This document shows, one piece after another, positions 9,934 through 19,242 of a stretch of 64,000 nt of DNA. The DNA is from Caulobacteraceae bacterium. Its GTDB lineage: Bacteria > Pseudomonadota > Alphaproteobacteria > Caulobacterales > Caulobacteraceae. Within the stretch, counting starts at the first letter, position 1, and each line of letters begins with the position of its first letter. The notes under the pieces are model-generated. The model was not told the DNA's origin and searched no databases. It worked only from the letters and a program-made list of their open reading frames with translations. The translations under genes and the position numbers were made by a program. The stretch spans positions 1,409 through 65,408 of the forward strand of contig DASZKO010000085.1 of assembly GCA_035605655.1 (NCBI GenBank). The letters are read 5' to 3'.

Positions 9934-10164
9934 ATGGGCCGCAAAACACCCGCCGCCGACCGCTGGGGCGGCCCGGGGGCCAGTCACGAGAACCGCGACA
10001 ATCCGCAGCCGGCCGTCAAGCGCACCCGTGACGCCGACGGTGGCAAGGACCAACCTTACAGCCACGTCTCGGGCGGCGGCGGCGAACACGACCGCCACCA
10101 CGGCCATGCGCCGGCCTCCAAGCGTGACACCGAGGAAAATACCGTCCAGAAATCGCGTCCGTAG
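9934..10164 (+). CDS. Small hydrophilic Gly/His/Asp-rich protein, 76 aa
   Basis: ATG 1 nt after the previous stop. MGRKTPAADRWGGPGASHENRDNPQP...HVSGGGGEHDRHHGH. Confidence 0.65.
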   Translation: MGRKTPAADRWGGPGASHENRDNPQPAVKRTRDADGGKDQPYSHVSGGGGEHDRHHGHAPASKRDTEENTVQKSRP

Positions 10165-10195
10165 CGCCAGCCGCGAAGGACAGGAGCGTCGCGAC

Positions 10196-10966
10196 ATGCC
10201 CACCCTCGACCGCGACGGGGTCCGCCTCCACTACGAGGTCGCCGGCGAGGGCCCGGCCCTGCTGCTCACCCACGGCTACTCGGCGACCGGCGAGATGTGG
10301 CGCGGCCAGACCGCCGCATTCTCCAAGCATTATCGCCTGATCACCTGGGACATGCGCGGCCACGGCCGTTCCGACTATCCGGCCGATCCAGCCGCCTACA
10401 GCGAGGCGGCCACGGTGGCCGACATGGCCGCCCTGCTGGATGCCGTTGGCGTGGAGAGGGCGATCGTCGGCGGCCTGTCCCTTGGCGGCTACATGAGCCT
10501 CGCCTTCCACCTCGCCCATCCGAATCGGGTGCGGGCGCTGCTGATCATCGACACCGGCCCGGGCTATCGCAACGACGAGGCGCGGGCGGGCTGGAACGCC
10601 AACGCCATCCGCACCGCCGAGCGCTACGAGACCGAGGGTCTGGCGCGCCTGGCGGCCGGCAGTCCGGAGATACGCGCCAGCAGCCACCGCGGTGCGACCG
10701 GTCTGGCTTTGGCGGCCCGCGGCATGCTGACCCAGAAGGACGCCCGGGTGATCTCCTCTCTACCGGACATCAAGATTCCGTCCCTGGTGGTGGTCGGGGC
10801 CGAGGACACGCCGTTCCTGAACGCCAGCGACTACATGGCGGGCAAGATCCCGGGCGCCGAGAAAGTGGTGATCGCGGGGGCCGGCCATGCGGTCAACATC
10901 GACCAGCCGGACGCCTTCAATGCCGCGGTGCTGGAGTTCCTTGCCGCGCACCGCCTCAATTCATGA
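10196..10966 (+). CDS. Alpha/beta fold hydrolase
   Basis: LLLTHGY, WDMRGHGRS, GLSLGG nucleophile elbow, GAED, AGHAVN. RBS AGGAG. Confidence 0.9.
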   Translation: MPTLDRDGVRLHYEVAGEGPALLLTHGYSATGEMWRGQTAAFSKHYRLITWDMRGHGRSDYPADPAAYSEAATVADMAALLDAVGVERAIVGGLSLGGYMSLAFHLAHPNRVRALLIIDTGPGYRNDEARAGWNANAIRTAERYETEGLARLAAGSPEIRASSHRGATGLALAARGMLTQKDARVISSLPDIKIPSLVVVGAEDTPFLNASDYMAGKIPGAEKVVIAGAGHAVNIDQPDAFNAAVLEFLAAHRLNS

Positions 10967-11032
10967 CACGGAATTCATAGACCGCCCGGTCAGCCGCGCG
11001 CTAAACGATGCGCCATGCTTGTGGAGGGCCTC

Positions 11033-13207
11033 ATGAAATCATCCGTCCTGATGGGCGCAGCCGCCGCGATCCTCATCGCCGCCGCCGCCCACGCCGCCGA
11101 CCCGCTCGCCCCGGTCGGGGTCGGGCCGCAGCCCGGGCCGCCGCCGGCCCGGCCGGTCAGCGAGGTCCTGTGGGGGACCAAGGTCACCGATGACTATCGC
11201 TACATGGAAGCCCTCGACCCGGCGACGATCGCCTGGATGAAGAGTCAGGGCGGCTACACTCGCCGCGTACTCGACTCGATCGCGCCCCTTCCCGCCCTGC
11301 GCGCCCGGGTTTCCGCCTTCACCGGCAGTTTCGGGTTCGTCCAGAGCTATTCCTATTTCGGCGGGCGCAGCTTCTATGAGGAACGCGGTCCCGGAGCCGA
11401 CACCTTCGACCTGGTGGTCGCCGACGCGGCCGGCAAGCGCAAGCTCGTCGACATGGCCGCGCTCCGGGCGGCGAGGGGCGGCGCCCCGATGGCGATCAAC
11501 TATGTCCTGCCCTCGTTCGACGGCTCGAAAGTGGCGGTGGGCATCTCCTCGGGAGGCTCGGAAGCGGCCCAGCTTTACGTTTACGACGTCGCCAGCGGGG
11601 CCCGCATCGCCGGCCCGATCGACCGCGCTGACTACGGCCCGACATCCTGGAGCCTCGATTCGAGGAACCTGTTCTTCATTCGCCTCAAGAAGCTCGGTCC
11701 CAGCGATCCGGGGACGGAGAAGTACCGCGACCCGGTCCTCGACTACTGGACCCTCACCGGCGAGCCGATGCCGCTGTTCGGCTCGACGACCGGCCACGGG
11801 CCCAAGATCGGCCCTGACGAGACACCAGCCGTCAGCCTCACGCCCGGCGCGCCGGTGGCCGTCTTCGCCTCCCAGAACGGAGTCCAGAACGAGGTGAAGC
11901 TCTGGACGGCGCCGGCCGGCGAGGCGTCGAGCCCCGACGCCCACTGGACGCTCCTGCTCGACCGGGACGATGGGGTGACCGGCCTCGACATCCGCGGCGG
12001 CGATATCTTCCTGCTCTCCCACAAGGACGCCCCGACCTTCAAGGTGCTGCAGCTCAAGGCCGGCGCGCCGCTCAGTTCCGCTGTCACCCTGATCCCGGTT
12101 CAGCCCGGACGGGTGATCGAGGGCGTCCACGCCGCGGCCGACGCCCTTTACGTGGCGGCCCGCGAAGGCAACTACTCGCGCCTGCTGCGCGTGGCGACCG
12201 GCAGCAACAAGGTCGAAGAGGTGGTCCTCCCGACCAAGGGCCATATCTCCGACGTGTTCACCGATCCGCGCACGCCGGGCGTCACCTTCGCCCTGGAGAA
12301 CTGGGTCCTGCCGCCCACCACCTTGCATTTCGACCCCTCGGCCGGCCGGTTCACCGACCTCCATCTGGGGGTGCGCGGCGATATCGACCCGCCCACGTTC
12401 AAGGTCAGCGACCTGGCCGCCCGCGGCCACGACGGGGTGATGGTGCCCTACGCTCTCATTCAGGGCGCCGGTGCGCACGGGTCCGCGGTCACGGTGGTCG
12501 AGGCCTATGGCTCCTACGGCATCTCCAATCTCGCCGATTTCAGCACCAGGCGGGCGGCGATGATGCGCGAGGGAATCAACTACGTGGTCTGCTCGGTGCG
12601 CGGCGGCGGCGAGCTCGGCGAGGCCTGGCGCCTCGGCGGCAAGGACGCCAACAAGCCCAACACATGGAAGGACATCATCTCCTGCGGCGAGGACCTGATT
12701 GCCCGCGGTGTCACCGACAAGGGACATCTCTTCATCCTCGGCGGCTCGGCCGGCGGGATCACCATGGGGCGGGCGATGACCGACCGTCCGGACCTCTTCG
12801 CCGGGGTCATCGATATCGTCCCCGCCGCCGACACGCTTCGGATGGAGTTCACCCCCAACGGGCCCGACAACATCCCCGAATTCGGGACCATCAAGACCGA
12901 GCAGGGGTTCAAGAACCTCTATGAGATGGACTCGGTCCAGCACATCAAGCCGGGGACGACCTATCCGGCCGTGCTCATATCCACCGGTCTCAATGACCCC
13001 CGCGTCGCCCCGTGGGCGCCAGCCAAGTTCGACGCCGCGCTCCTGGCCTCGGGCACGCCCAATCCGGTGCTCCTCAGGATCGACGAGCAGGCCGGCCACG
13101 GCATCGGCTCGACGCGCACGCAGACCGATCAGCTGACCGCCGACTGGATCGCCTTTGCCTTCTGGCGTTCGGGCCGCGAGGGCTGGCGGCCGGTGGCCGG
13201 GAAGTAG
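11033..13207 (+). CDS. Secreted prolyl oligopeptidase (S9 family)
   Basis: Signal peptide; DDYRYME, YGSYG, VRGGGELGEAW, GGSAGG (Ser), NDPRV (Asp), AGHG (His). Confidence 0.92.
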   Translation: MKSSVLMGAAAAILIAAAAHAADPLAPVGVGPQPGPPPARPVSEVLWGTKVTDDYRYMEALDPATIAWMKSQGGYTRRVLDSIAPLPALRARVSAFTGSFGFVQSYSYFGGRSFYEERGPGADTFDLVVADAAGKRKLVDMAALRAARGGAPMAINYVLPSFDGSKVAVGISSGGSEAAQLYVYDVASGARIAGPIDRADYGPTSWSLDSRNLFFIRLKKLGPSDPGTEKYRDPVLDYWTLTGEPMPLFGSTTGHGPKIGPDETPAVSLTPGAPVAVFASQNGVQNEVKLWTAPAGEASSPDAHWTLLLDRDDGVTGLDIRGGDIFLLSHKDAPTFKVLQLKAGAPLSSAVTLIPVQPGRVIEGVHAAADALYVAAREGNYSRLLRVATGSNKVEEVVLPTKGHISDVFTDPRTPGVTFALENWVLPPTTLHFDPSAGRFTDLHLGVRGDIDPPTFKVSDLAARGHDGVMVPYALIQGAGAHGSAVTVVEAYGSYGISNLADFSTRRAAMMREGINYVVCSVRGGGELGEAWRLGGKDANKPNTWKDIISCGEDLIARGVTDKGHLFILGGSAGGITMGRAMTDRPDLFAGVIDIVPAADTLRMEFTPNGPDNIPEFGTIKTEQGFKNLYEMDSVQHIKPGTTYPAVLISTGLNDPRVAPWAPAKFDAALLASGTPNPVLLRIDEQAGHGIGSTRTQTDQLTADWIAFAFWRSGREGWRPVAGK

Positions 13208-13211
13208 TAGG

Positions 13212-14831
13212 TCAGGCGGCGTCGGCCATGGCCGGCGTTGCGCTCGCCGTCGGCCGCGCCAGCTTGCCGGAGTAGAAGGAGGCGTTCTGGCGACCCTGCG
13301 AGGCCTCGCGGGCGAAGCTGATCAGGTGGTGGGCCACCGTGCCCACCGCGATCACCCGTTCGATGTCGCAGAGCTTGAGGCGCGGCCAGGCGAAGGCCCA
13401 GAACTCCCGCCGGTAGTTGGCCGCGACACCACACGTCCACAGGACGCGGGCCAGGATGGTAAGGCCGCGCCGTACGTCGGAAAGCCTCACCTGCCTGGGA
13501 GGCGAGAAGCGATGCCGATAGGTGGCCTCGATCTGGTGTTCGAAGCGGGCGAACAGAGCGGTGGGCTCGTAGGCGGCGGCCACGCACTCGCGCCAACCCC
13601 CGACCACTTCTCCATAAGGCCGGGCAAAGACGACATTGGATTCCAGGCTCTCGTCATCGGTCAGACGCCCTTCCGCCGCCAGACGATCGTACAGCTTCGT
13701 GCGCGGCAGGGCCTGCAACAGGTTGATGGTCAGGAGAGGGATCTGGCTGGCCTCGACGAATTCGAGGATGCGACGGGCGGTGTCCGGAGCGTCGGTGTCC
13801 AGGCCCATGATGATCCCCGAGACCACCTCCATCCCGTAGCTGTTGAGCGTCGCCACCCCTTCGAGGATCGGGGTCATCAGGTTGTGGGCCTTGTGCATCG
13901 CCTTGAGCGCTTCGGGCTCGGGCGTCTCGATGCCACAGAACACGGTCTGGAAGGCGGCCTCGCGCATGGCCGCCAAGAGTTCGGGCCGTTTGGCGATGTT
14001 CAAGGTGGCTTCGCAGGCGAAACGGTAGGGATAGCCGTTCGCCTTTTGCCAGGCGATCAGGACCGGCAGCAGGTCGCGCAGAGCACGGCGATTGGCGATC
14101 AAATTGTCGTCGACGAAATAGACCGTATCGGTGAGGCCGCAGGCCCGCAGCTTGTCGAGTTCGGCGCACAGCTGCTGGGGGCTCTTCAGGCGGGGCACAC
14201 GGCCGTAGAGGGCCGGGATATCGCAGAATTCGCAGTCATACGGGCAGCCGCTGGAGAACTGGATCGAGCCCATGAAATATTTCTTCAGCTCGGCCAATTC
14301 GTAGGCCGGCAGGGGAAAGTCGGCGAGGTCGCGACGCCGGACGGTCTCGAACGCGACCTGCGCGGCCGGGCGGCCGCAGTCGGCCTCGAGGCGGGCGAAC
14401 AGCGCCTCGCTCGCATCGCCCAACTCCCCGATGTGCAGATAGTCGAAGTCCGGATAGTACTCCGGCGAGGCCGAGACCGAGGGCCCGCCCAACGCCGTGG
14501 TCAGCCCGGCGGCATGGGCGCGGCGGTTAATGTCGTTGATCTGGCCGCGCTGGATGTGCATGCCGCTGACCATCACGACTTCGGCCCAGGCGAAGTCGGC
14601 GGCGCTCGCCGGCCGCAGGTTCTCGTCGACGAAGCGCACTTCCCAGCCGTCCGGCAAGGCGGCGGCGATGACCAGCAAGCCCTGGGGCGGCATGAAGGCC
14701 TTGGCCCCGACGATGGGGAAGGCGTACTCGAAGGTTCCAAACGAAGGGGTATAGCGGGGGAAGATCAGAAGGGCCCGGCGCCCTCCCCCTCGCCCCGTCT
14801 CGGACGCGCGCGCGTGGTGCGAGTCACCCAT
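13212..14831 (-). CDS. hpnP: B12-binding radical SAM methylase, hopanoid C-2 methylase type (DUF4070 C-terminus)
   Basis: FPRYTPSFGTF, FMPPQGLLVIAA, SGMHIQ, GGPSVS, DYLHIGELGDA, SSGCPYDCEFCDIP, CEATLN, EVVSGIIMGLDTD, LLQALP.T.L..RL match the recalled HpnP consensus. Confidence 0.8.
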   Translation of the reverse strand: MGDSHHARASETGRGGGRRALLIFPRYTPSFGTFEYAFPIVGAKAFMPPQGLLVIAAALPDGWEVRFVDENLRPASAADFAWAEVVMVSGMHIQRGQINDINRRAHAAGLTTALGGPSVSASPEYYPDFDYLHIGELGDASEALFARLEADCGRPAAQVAFETVRRRDLADFPLPAYELAELKKYFMGSIQFSSGCPYDCEFCDIPALYGRVPRLKSPQQLCAELDKLRACGLTDTVYFVDDNLIANRRALRDLLPVLIAWQKANGYPYRFACEATLNIAKRPELLAAMREAAFQTVFCGIETPEPEALKAMHKAHNLMTPILEGVATLNSYGMEVVSGIIMGLDTDAPDTARRILEFVEASQIPLLTINLLQALPRTKLYDRLAAEGRLTDDESLESNVVFARPYGEVVGGWRECVAAAYEPTALFARFEHQIEATYRHRFSPPRQVRLSDVRRGLTILARVLWTCGVAANYRREFWAFAWPRLKLCDIERVIAVGTVAHHLISFAREASQGRQNASFYSGKLARPTASATPAMADAA

Positions 14832-14839
14832 GACGAGCC

Positions 14840-14864
14840 AACTCCGCACCTGTCGATGCGTTCC
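14840..14864 (-). promoter_or_regulatory. Putative EcfG/SigT promoter of hpnP
   Basis: Minus strand GGAAC-GCATCGACAGGTGCGG(16)-AGTT, ending 8 nt before ATG 14831. Confidence 0.7.
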
Positions 14865-14920
14865 CGTCAAGCCTGTTGTAGGCTAGCCGCCCAGAGGATT
14901 TGCCGCGGGGTCCGAGCGAA

Positions 14921-15676
14921 ATGAGGCGCACTTACGTTCTGGCCGCGGTGAGCATCGTCCTGATCGTCGCTTGGACTGCCTCGGCCGCGCCCCTGGCTCT
15001 CGCCCGCGCCACGTCCATCAGCTCCCATATCGCCGCCTTTCCGAGGATCACCGCCCCGCGCGACGAGGTCAGCGCACGCATCAACGCGGCCTTGGCCCCA
15101 CTCGACCTCGCCGCCCTGCGGGTGGCCGCCGAATGTCTCGGAGAGGCAAGGCGAGCCGGGGCGGCGGGCGGTGACTGGGGACGGACAGTCGTCGTGACGA
15201 TGAAAGGCCCCCGCCTGCTTAGCTTCCTCGTCACCGACAGCTATTTCTGCGGCGGCGCCCACCCGGACGTCGAAGCTTGGCCGTTGGTCTTTGATCTGTC
15301 CACCGGTCAGCCAGTCGATTGGACGCGGTTTTTGCCCCGCGCCCTCCTCGGCAAAGCGACGACGGATATCGATCCCGATACCGCCGGCCGGATTTCCCTC
15401 GCCTCGCCCGGACTGCACACGCTCTACATGGCCGGCTATGGGGCCCAGGCTCGCGTTGTGGATCCCGAGTGCCGCGATGTGATGGCCGACTCGGACGCGG
15501 CCGTCGCCTCGATCTGGCCCGATGCCGCCAACGGCGGGCTGATGGTCGATTTCGACGTCCCCCATGTCGTGGCCGCCTGCGCCGTGCCTGTCGTTATCCC
15601 CGTGGCCCACCTGAAGGCTCTGGGCGCGAGCCCCGACCTCACGGCCGCCCTCACCGCGGCGCGAGCCTCCCGCTGA
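14921..15676 (+). CDS. Secreted hypothetical protein (GGAHP motif, DUF3298/RsiV-like)
   Basis: Sec signal MRRTYVLAAVSIVLIVAWTASA; YFCGGAHPD..FDLSTG; four Cys. Confidence 0.6.
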   Translation: MRRTYVLAAVSIVLIVAWTASAAPLALARATSISSHIAAFPRITAPRDEVSARINAALAPLDLAALRVAAECLGEARRAGAAGGDWGRTVVVTMKGPRLLSFLVTDSYFCGGAHPDVEAWPLVFDLSTGQPVDWTRFLPRALLGKATTDIDPDTAGRISLASPGLHTLYMAGYGAQARVVDPECRDVMADSDAAVASIWPDAANGGLMVDFDVPHVVAACAVPVVIPVAHLKALGASPDLTAALTAARASR

Positions 15677-15680
15677 AGCG

Positions 15681-16058
15681 TCAGGCGACGGCCGCCACGG
15701 CGAGCTGGGCCGGATCATAGTAGAACCGCTCTTCGACGATGTGCTCGTCCCGCCAGGTCTGAAGGGCCAGTTCGTCGAGGCGGCGAATCTCTCCATCTGC
15801 GGTCGTGAATTCGAATACCCAGCCCAGGACCACCCTGTCGCCGTCCACGATGACCGGCGACGCCTGGCGCGTCGCCATGTCGCGCACCTGTCCCAGCATC
15901 GCTTTCTCATGGGCGATGAGGACGTCGCGACCGCCGCGCGGCGGTCCGCCATTGTCGCGCATCGTCGCCTCGGGGGCGTAGAACTGCTCGATCGCTTCGA
16001 CGTAGCGTCCGGCGCGGACGGTGGCGACAAAGGCGTTGACCCGTTCACGGCTCGGCAC
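15681..16058 (-). CDS. SnoaL-like / NTF2 family protein
   Basis: AIEQFYA, VDGDRVV.GW.FEF, ELALQTW...IVEERFYYDP. RBS GAGGAGG. Confidence 0.85.
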   Translation of the reverse strand: MPSRERVNAFVATVRAGRYVEAIEQFYAPEATMRDNGGPPRGGRDVLIAHEKAMLGQVRDMATRQASPVIVDGDRVVLGWVFEFTTADGEIRRLDELALQTWRDEHIVEERFYYDPAQLAVAAVA

Positions 16059-16090
16059 GAGTTCACCTCCTCAGCGGCTGGAGTTCATAG

Positions 16091-16108
16091 ATAGATCGAT
16101 CGATCTAT
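16091..16108. promoter_or_regulatory. Perfect 18-bp palindrome, putative TetR operator
   Basis: ATAGATCGATCGATCTAT in the AT-rich gap between the divergent SnoaL and TetR genes; extra half-site TCGATCTAT at 16131-16139. Confidence 0.75.
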
Positions 16109-16182
16109 TTAATGCAAATGGTTTATCCGCTCGATCTATCTAGACTTTCCAGGCGGCGCAAATCACCCTAACGGCCCTGACC

Positions 16183-16791
16183 ATGATCGCTTCCGACACT
16201 CGCCACAGGCTCGTCCGCGCCGCCGAGCAACTGTTCCGGACCCAGGGCTATTCCGGCACGGGGCTCAAGGAGCTCACCGCCGCCGCCGCCGCCCCCTGGG
16301 GCTCGCTCTACCACTTCTTCCCGGGCGGCAAGGCGGAGCTGGCGGCGGAGGCGATGCTGTGGGCGGGGGGCGCCTATGGGCAGGGCTGGCGGCGGGCCTT
16401 CGCCCAGGCGGCCGGCCCCGGCGAGGCCATCGAGGGCGTATTTCGGGCCGAGGCTCGCATCCTCGAAGGCAGCGACTACCGCAACGGCTGTCCGGTGGCG
16501 GCCATGACCCTCGATATCGCCAGCACCGACGAGCGCCTCCGCCGGGCGTGCGCCGAAGCCTTCCGTGGCTGGCTCGACATCCTCGTGGAGGGCTTCGCCG
16601 CCCATGGGGCCGACGCGGAGGCGGCCGAGGCCATGGCCAACTTTGTCCTGGCGACGATAGAGGGGGCCATCGTGCTCAGCCGTGCGGCCAAGTCCCCGGG
16701 CCCCCTGCACGCCTGCGGGCGCCTGGTTCGCGACGCCGTCGACGCCGAGGCGGAAGGCTGGTCGAAGCTCGAAGTCCGCGCCGGCGGCTAG
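16183..16791 (+). CDS. TetR family regulator (LmrA/YxaF-like)
   Basis: LFRTQGYSGTGL, GSLYHFFPGGK, GCPVA, IEGAIVL. Confidence 0.9.
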   Translation: MIASDTRHRLVRAAEQLFRTQGYSGTGLKELTAAAAAPWGSLYHFFPGGKAELAAEAMLWAGGAYGQGWRRAFAQAAGPGEAIEGVFRAEARILEGSDYRNGCPVAAMTLDIASTDERLRRACAEAFRGWLDILVEGFAAHGADAEAAEAMANFVLATIEGAIVLSRAAKSPGPLHACGRLVRDAVDAEAEGWSKLEVRAGG

Positions 16792-16792
16792 G

Positions 16793-18040
16793 TCAGGCGG
16801 CGGCCGCCTCGGCCGCTTCGGCGGCTATAGGAACGGCGGTGCGATGGGGAGCGCGGCGGATCGCGGCCTGTTCGATGAAAAGGGCATTGTAGGCCTCGAC
16901 CATCTCGTGAACATCGTAGAGCTGTGCGCGCGCCGCCGCGGCGACAGCAAGGCCGGCGGCTAGATCCGGGCGGCTCAGCAGTTGGGTCATCCCCCCGGCA
17001 AAGGCGGTCGCATCTCCGGGCGGCACGACCCAGCCGCTCGTCCCGTGCTCCACCATTTCGGCCGGCCCGAAGTCGCAGGCGGTGACGAGCGCCGGAGTCC
17101 CGCACGCCATGGCCTCGACCAGGACGCTCGGGAATCCCTCCCAACGCGAGGGCAGGGCGAAGAGGCGCGCCTTGGAGATCCACGCCCACGGATTGGCCAC
17201 AAAGCCTGGAAACCTGACATGCTCTCCCACTCCCATGGCGGCCGCCTGGCGCCTCAGGTCGGCCTCGCGACTGCCCTGCCCGAGGATGACGAGGTCCGTC
17301 TCGCGCGCCGCGCCGCTCTCGGCGAAGGCCTTGATCAGCAGGTCGTGACCCTTCTGATGCTCCAGTCGGCCGACGGTGATGATGAACGGCCGCTGCGGCG
17401 CGCCCTCGACCGGCGCGCGGGCGAGCTCTCGTACCTGGCCGACGTCGATGGGATTGTGGATGACCCGGATGCGGCGATGATCGAGTCCCAGGCGCGTTCC
17501 AAGGCCTCGGGCCATTTCATGGGAATTGACCAGGAAACAGTCGGCGGCGCGGTAAACCCGCCGCGTCAGACCCTTGATGAGCGCCCGGCCGAGCGGATTG
17601 GTCAATTCATCGTCGACCACCACATCGGTGTTGTTCCCTTCCCGGGCAATCCACAGAGGACGGTCCTTCCCCATCCCGCCGAGCACCAGCCAAGTGAGGA
17701 TGCTCATGCCCTTCAAGAAGCTCATCACCACGTGCGGGCGGTGGGCGCGGATCATGCGAGCGACGTTGACCGGAGCGATCGTCGCCGCCGCCGCCAGCTT
17801 GTGGGGCCGGTAGAAGCTCGAATTGCGACCCTCGAAGGCGAGCAGGCTCTCCCCGACCGATGAGGCGTCGATGCGCGTCGGATCGGCCTCGGCGAGGAAC
17901 GGCCCGGCCCGCCGCAACAGGCCCATCCGCAGATCGAACTGACCCGGGTCGCAGCGATTGAGCAGGTGGACGGCCACCCTCTCGGCGCCTCCGCCGTGCA
18001 GGGACGACAACAGCAGCATGACGCGCAGCCGTTCGGTCAT
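16793..18040 (-). CDS. Glycosyltransferase family 4
   Basis: GGGAERV, IHNPID, VGRL..QKG, PSRWEGFPSVLVEAMACG. Confidence 0.9.
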   Translation of the reverse strand: MTERLRVMLLLSSLHGGGAERVAVHLLNRCDPGQFDLRMGLLRRAGPFLAEADPTRIDASSVGESLLAFEGRNSSFYRPHKLAAAATIAPVNVARMIRAHRPHVVMSFLKGMSILTWLVLGGMGKDRPLWIAREGNNTDVVVDDELTNPLGRALIKGLTRRVYRAADCFLVNSHEMARGLGTRLGLDHRRIRVIHNPIDVGQVRELARAPVEGAPQRPFIITVGRLEHQKGHDLLIKAFAESGAARETDLVILGQGSREADLRRQAAAMGVGEHVRFPGFVANPWAWISKARLFALPSRWEGFPSVLVEAMACGTPALVTACDFGPAEMVEHGTSGWVVPPGDATAFAGGMTQLLSRPDLAAGLAVAAAARAQLYDVHEMVEAYNALFIEQAAIRRAPHRTAVPIAAEAAEAAAA

Positions 18041-18126
18041 GCTATCCCCCAGCGTCCTTTCCTTCTCCGTCCCACGCCGAGTCTAGCCGGGCCGGGCTTG
18101 CGGAGGCAACGACCTATCTCGCCAAC

Positions 18127-19242
18127 ATGCTTCAAGGGGCCCGCTTGATCGAATTGGAGTTGCTGGTCGGCTCGGACGAGTTCTGGCGCCGCGCCGCGGC
18201 CGACTGCGCCGCCGCGCGTCGACGCCTCCTCGTCCAGGCCATGACCTTCGAGGGCGACGAGGTGGGCCAAAGCGTCGCCGCCGCGGTCGCCGCCGCGACG
18301 GCCGCCGACCGCCGCGTCCTGGTCGACGCCTATTCCAAGGTGGTGGTCAGTGATCAGTGGGTCGCCACCGGAAATGCCGAGATCCGTCGGGAAGCGCGGG
18401 CAACCAACGATATGTTCCGAGGTCTGATGAGAGCGGGGGTCGGCGTCAGGGTGACAAATCCGTTCGCACCGCTGATGACCAACTATCCGGCTCGTAACCA
18501 CAAAAAACTGATCGTCGCCGACGACGCGGCCTATATCGGCGGGATCAATTTCAGCGATCACAACTTCGCCTGGCGCGACTTCATGGTCCGTATCGAGGAC
18601 GAGGCGGCGGCCGATTTCCTGGCTGCGGACTTCCAGGCCACATGGACCGGCGCGCCGCGGCCGGCCGCGATCGGCATCGATGGCCTCACTCTGCGCAGCC
18701 TCGACGGGCGGTCCAATCACACTTTCTTTCGCGAGATCGAAGCGATGATCTCCGCCGCCCGGCGAGAGATTCTGGTGATGAGCGCCTACCTGACGTTCCC
18801 CTTCGATGCCCCGTTGGCGGCGGCCGCGCGGCGCGGCGTCGCCGTTAAACTGATCACCCCCCTCGCCAACAACAAGCCGCTGGTGCGAGACTACCTGCTC
18901 GACCTCGCCGCTCGCGCCGGCTTTGACCTTCGGCTGCTGCCCGACATGAATCATTCCAAGGGGCTGTTGATCGACGGCGAGCGGTTGGTGGTCGGCTCGT
19001 GCAATTTCGATTTCGTGGGCCACGAGGCCGAGGAGGAACTGGCCGCGGTGATCGACGACCCGGGTCTGATCGCCGATTTCACGGCGCGGGTCGTCGCGCC
19101 GGCGATGGCCGCCGCGCTGGGCCCGCAATTTCACGCTGTCTCGCGGATGCGCTCCCTGACGGCTCGGGGCGTCTTGAGGACCGCTCAGTTGGTCGTCCGC
19201 GCGACAAGGGGCTCGCGGCGAACCACCGTGGAGTGGAGCTAG
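18127..19242 (+). CDS. Phospholipase D / cardiolipin synthase-like (ClsB-type, no N-terminal TM anchor)
   Basis: Two HKD motifs: RNHKKLIVADD..YIGGINF and NHSKGLLIDG..VVGSCNFD. Confidence 0.85.
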   Translation: MLQGARLIELELLVGSDEFWRRAAADCAAARRRLLVQAMTFEGDEVGQSVAAAVAAATAADRRVLVDAYSKVVVSDQWVATGNAEIRREARATNDMFRGLMRAGVGVRVTNPFAPLMTNYPARNHKKLIVADDAAYIGGINFSDHNFAWRDFMVRIEDEAAADFLAADFQATWTGAPRPAAIGIDGLTLRSLDGRSNHTFFREIEAMISAARREILVMSAYLTFPFDAPLAAAARRGVAVKLITPLANNKPLVRDYLLDLAARAGFDLRLLPDMNHSKGLLIDGERLVVGSCNFDFVGHEAEEELAAVIDDPGLIADFTARVVAPAMAAALGPQFHAVSRMRSLTARGVLRTAQLVVRATRGSRRTTVEWS

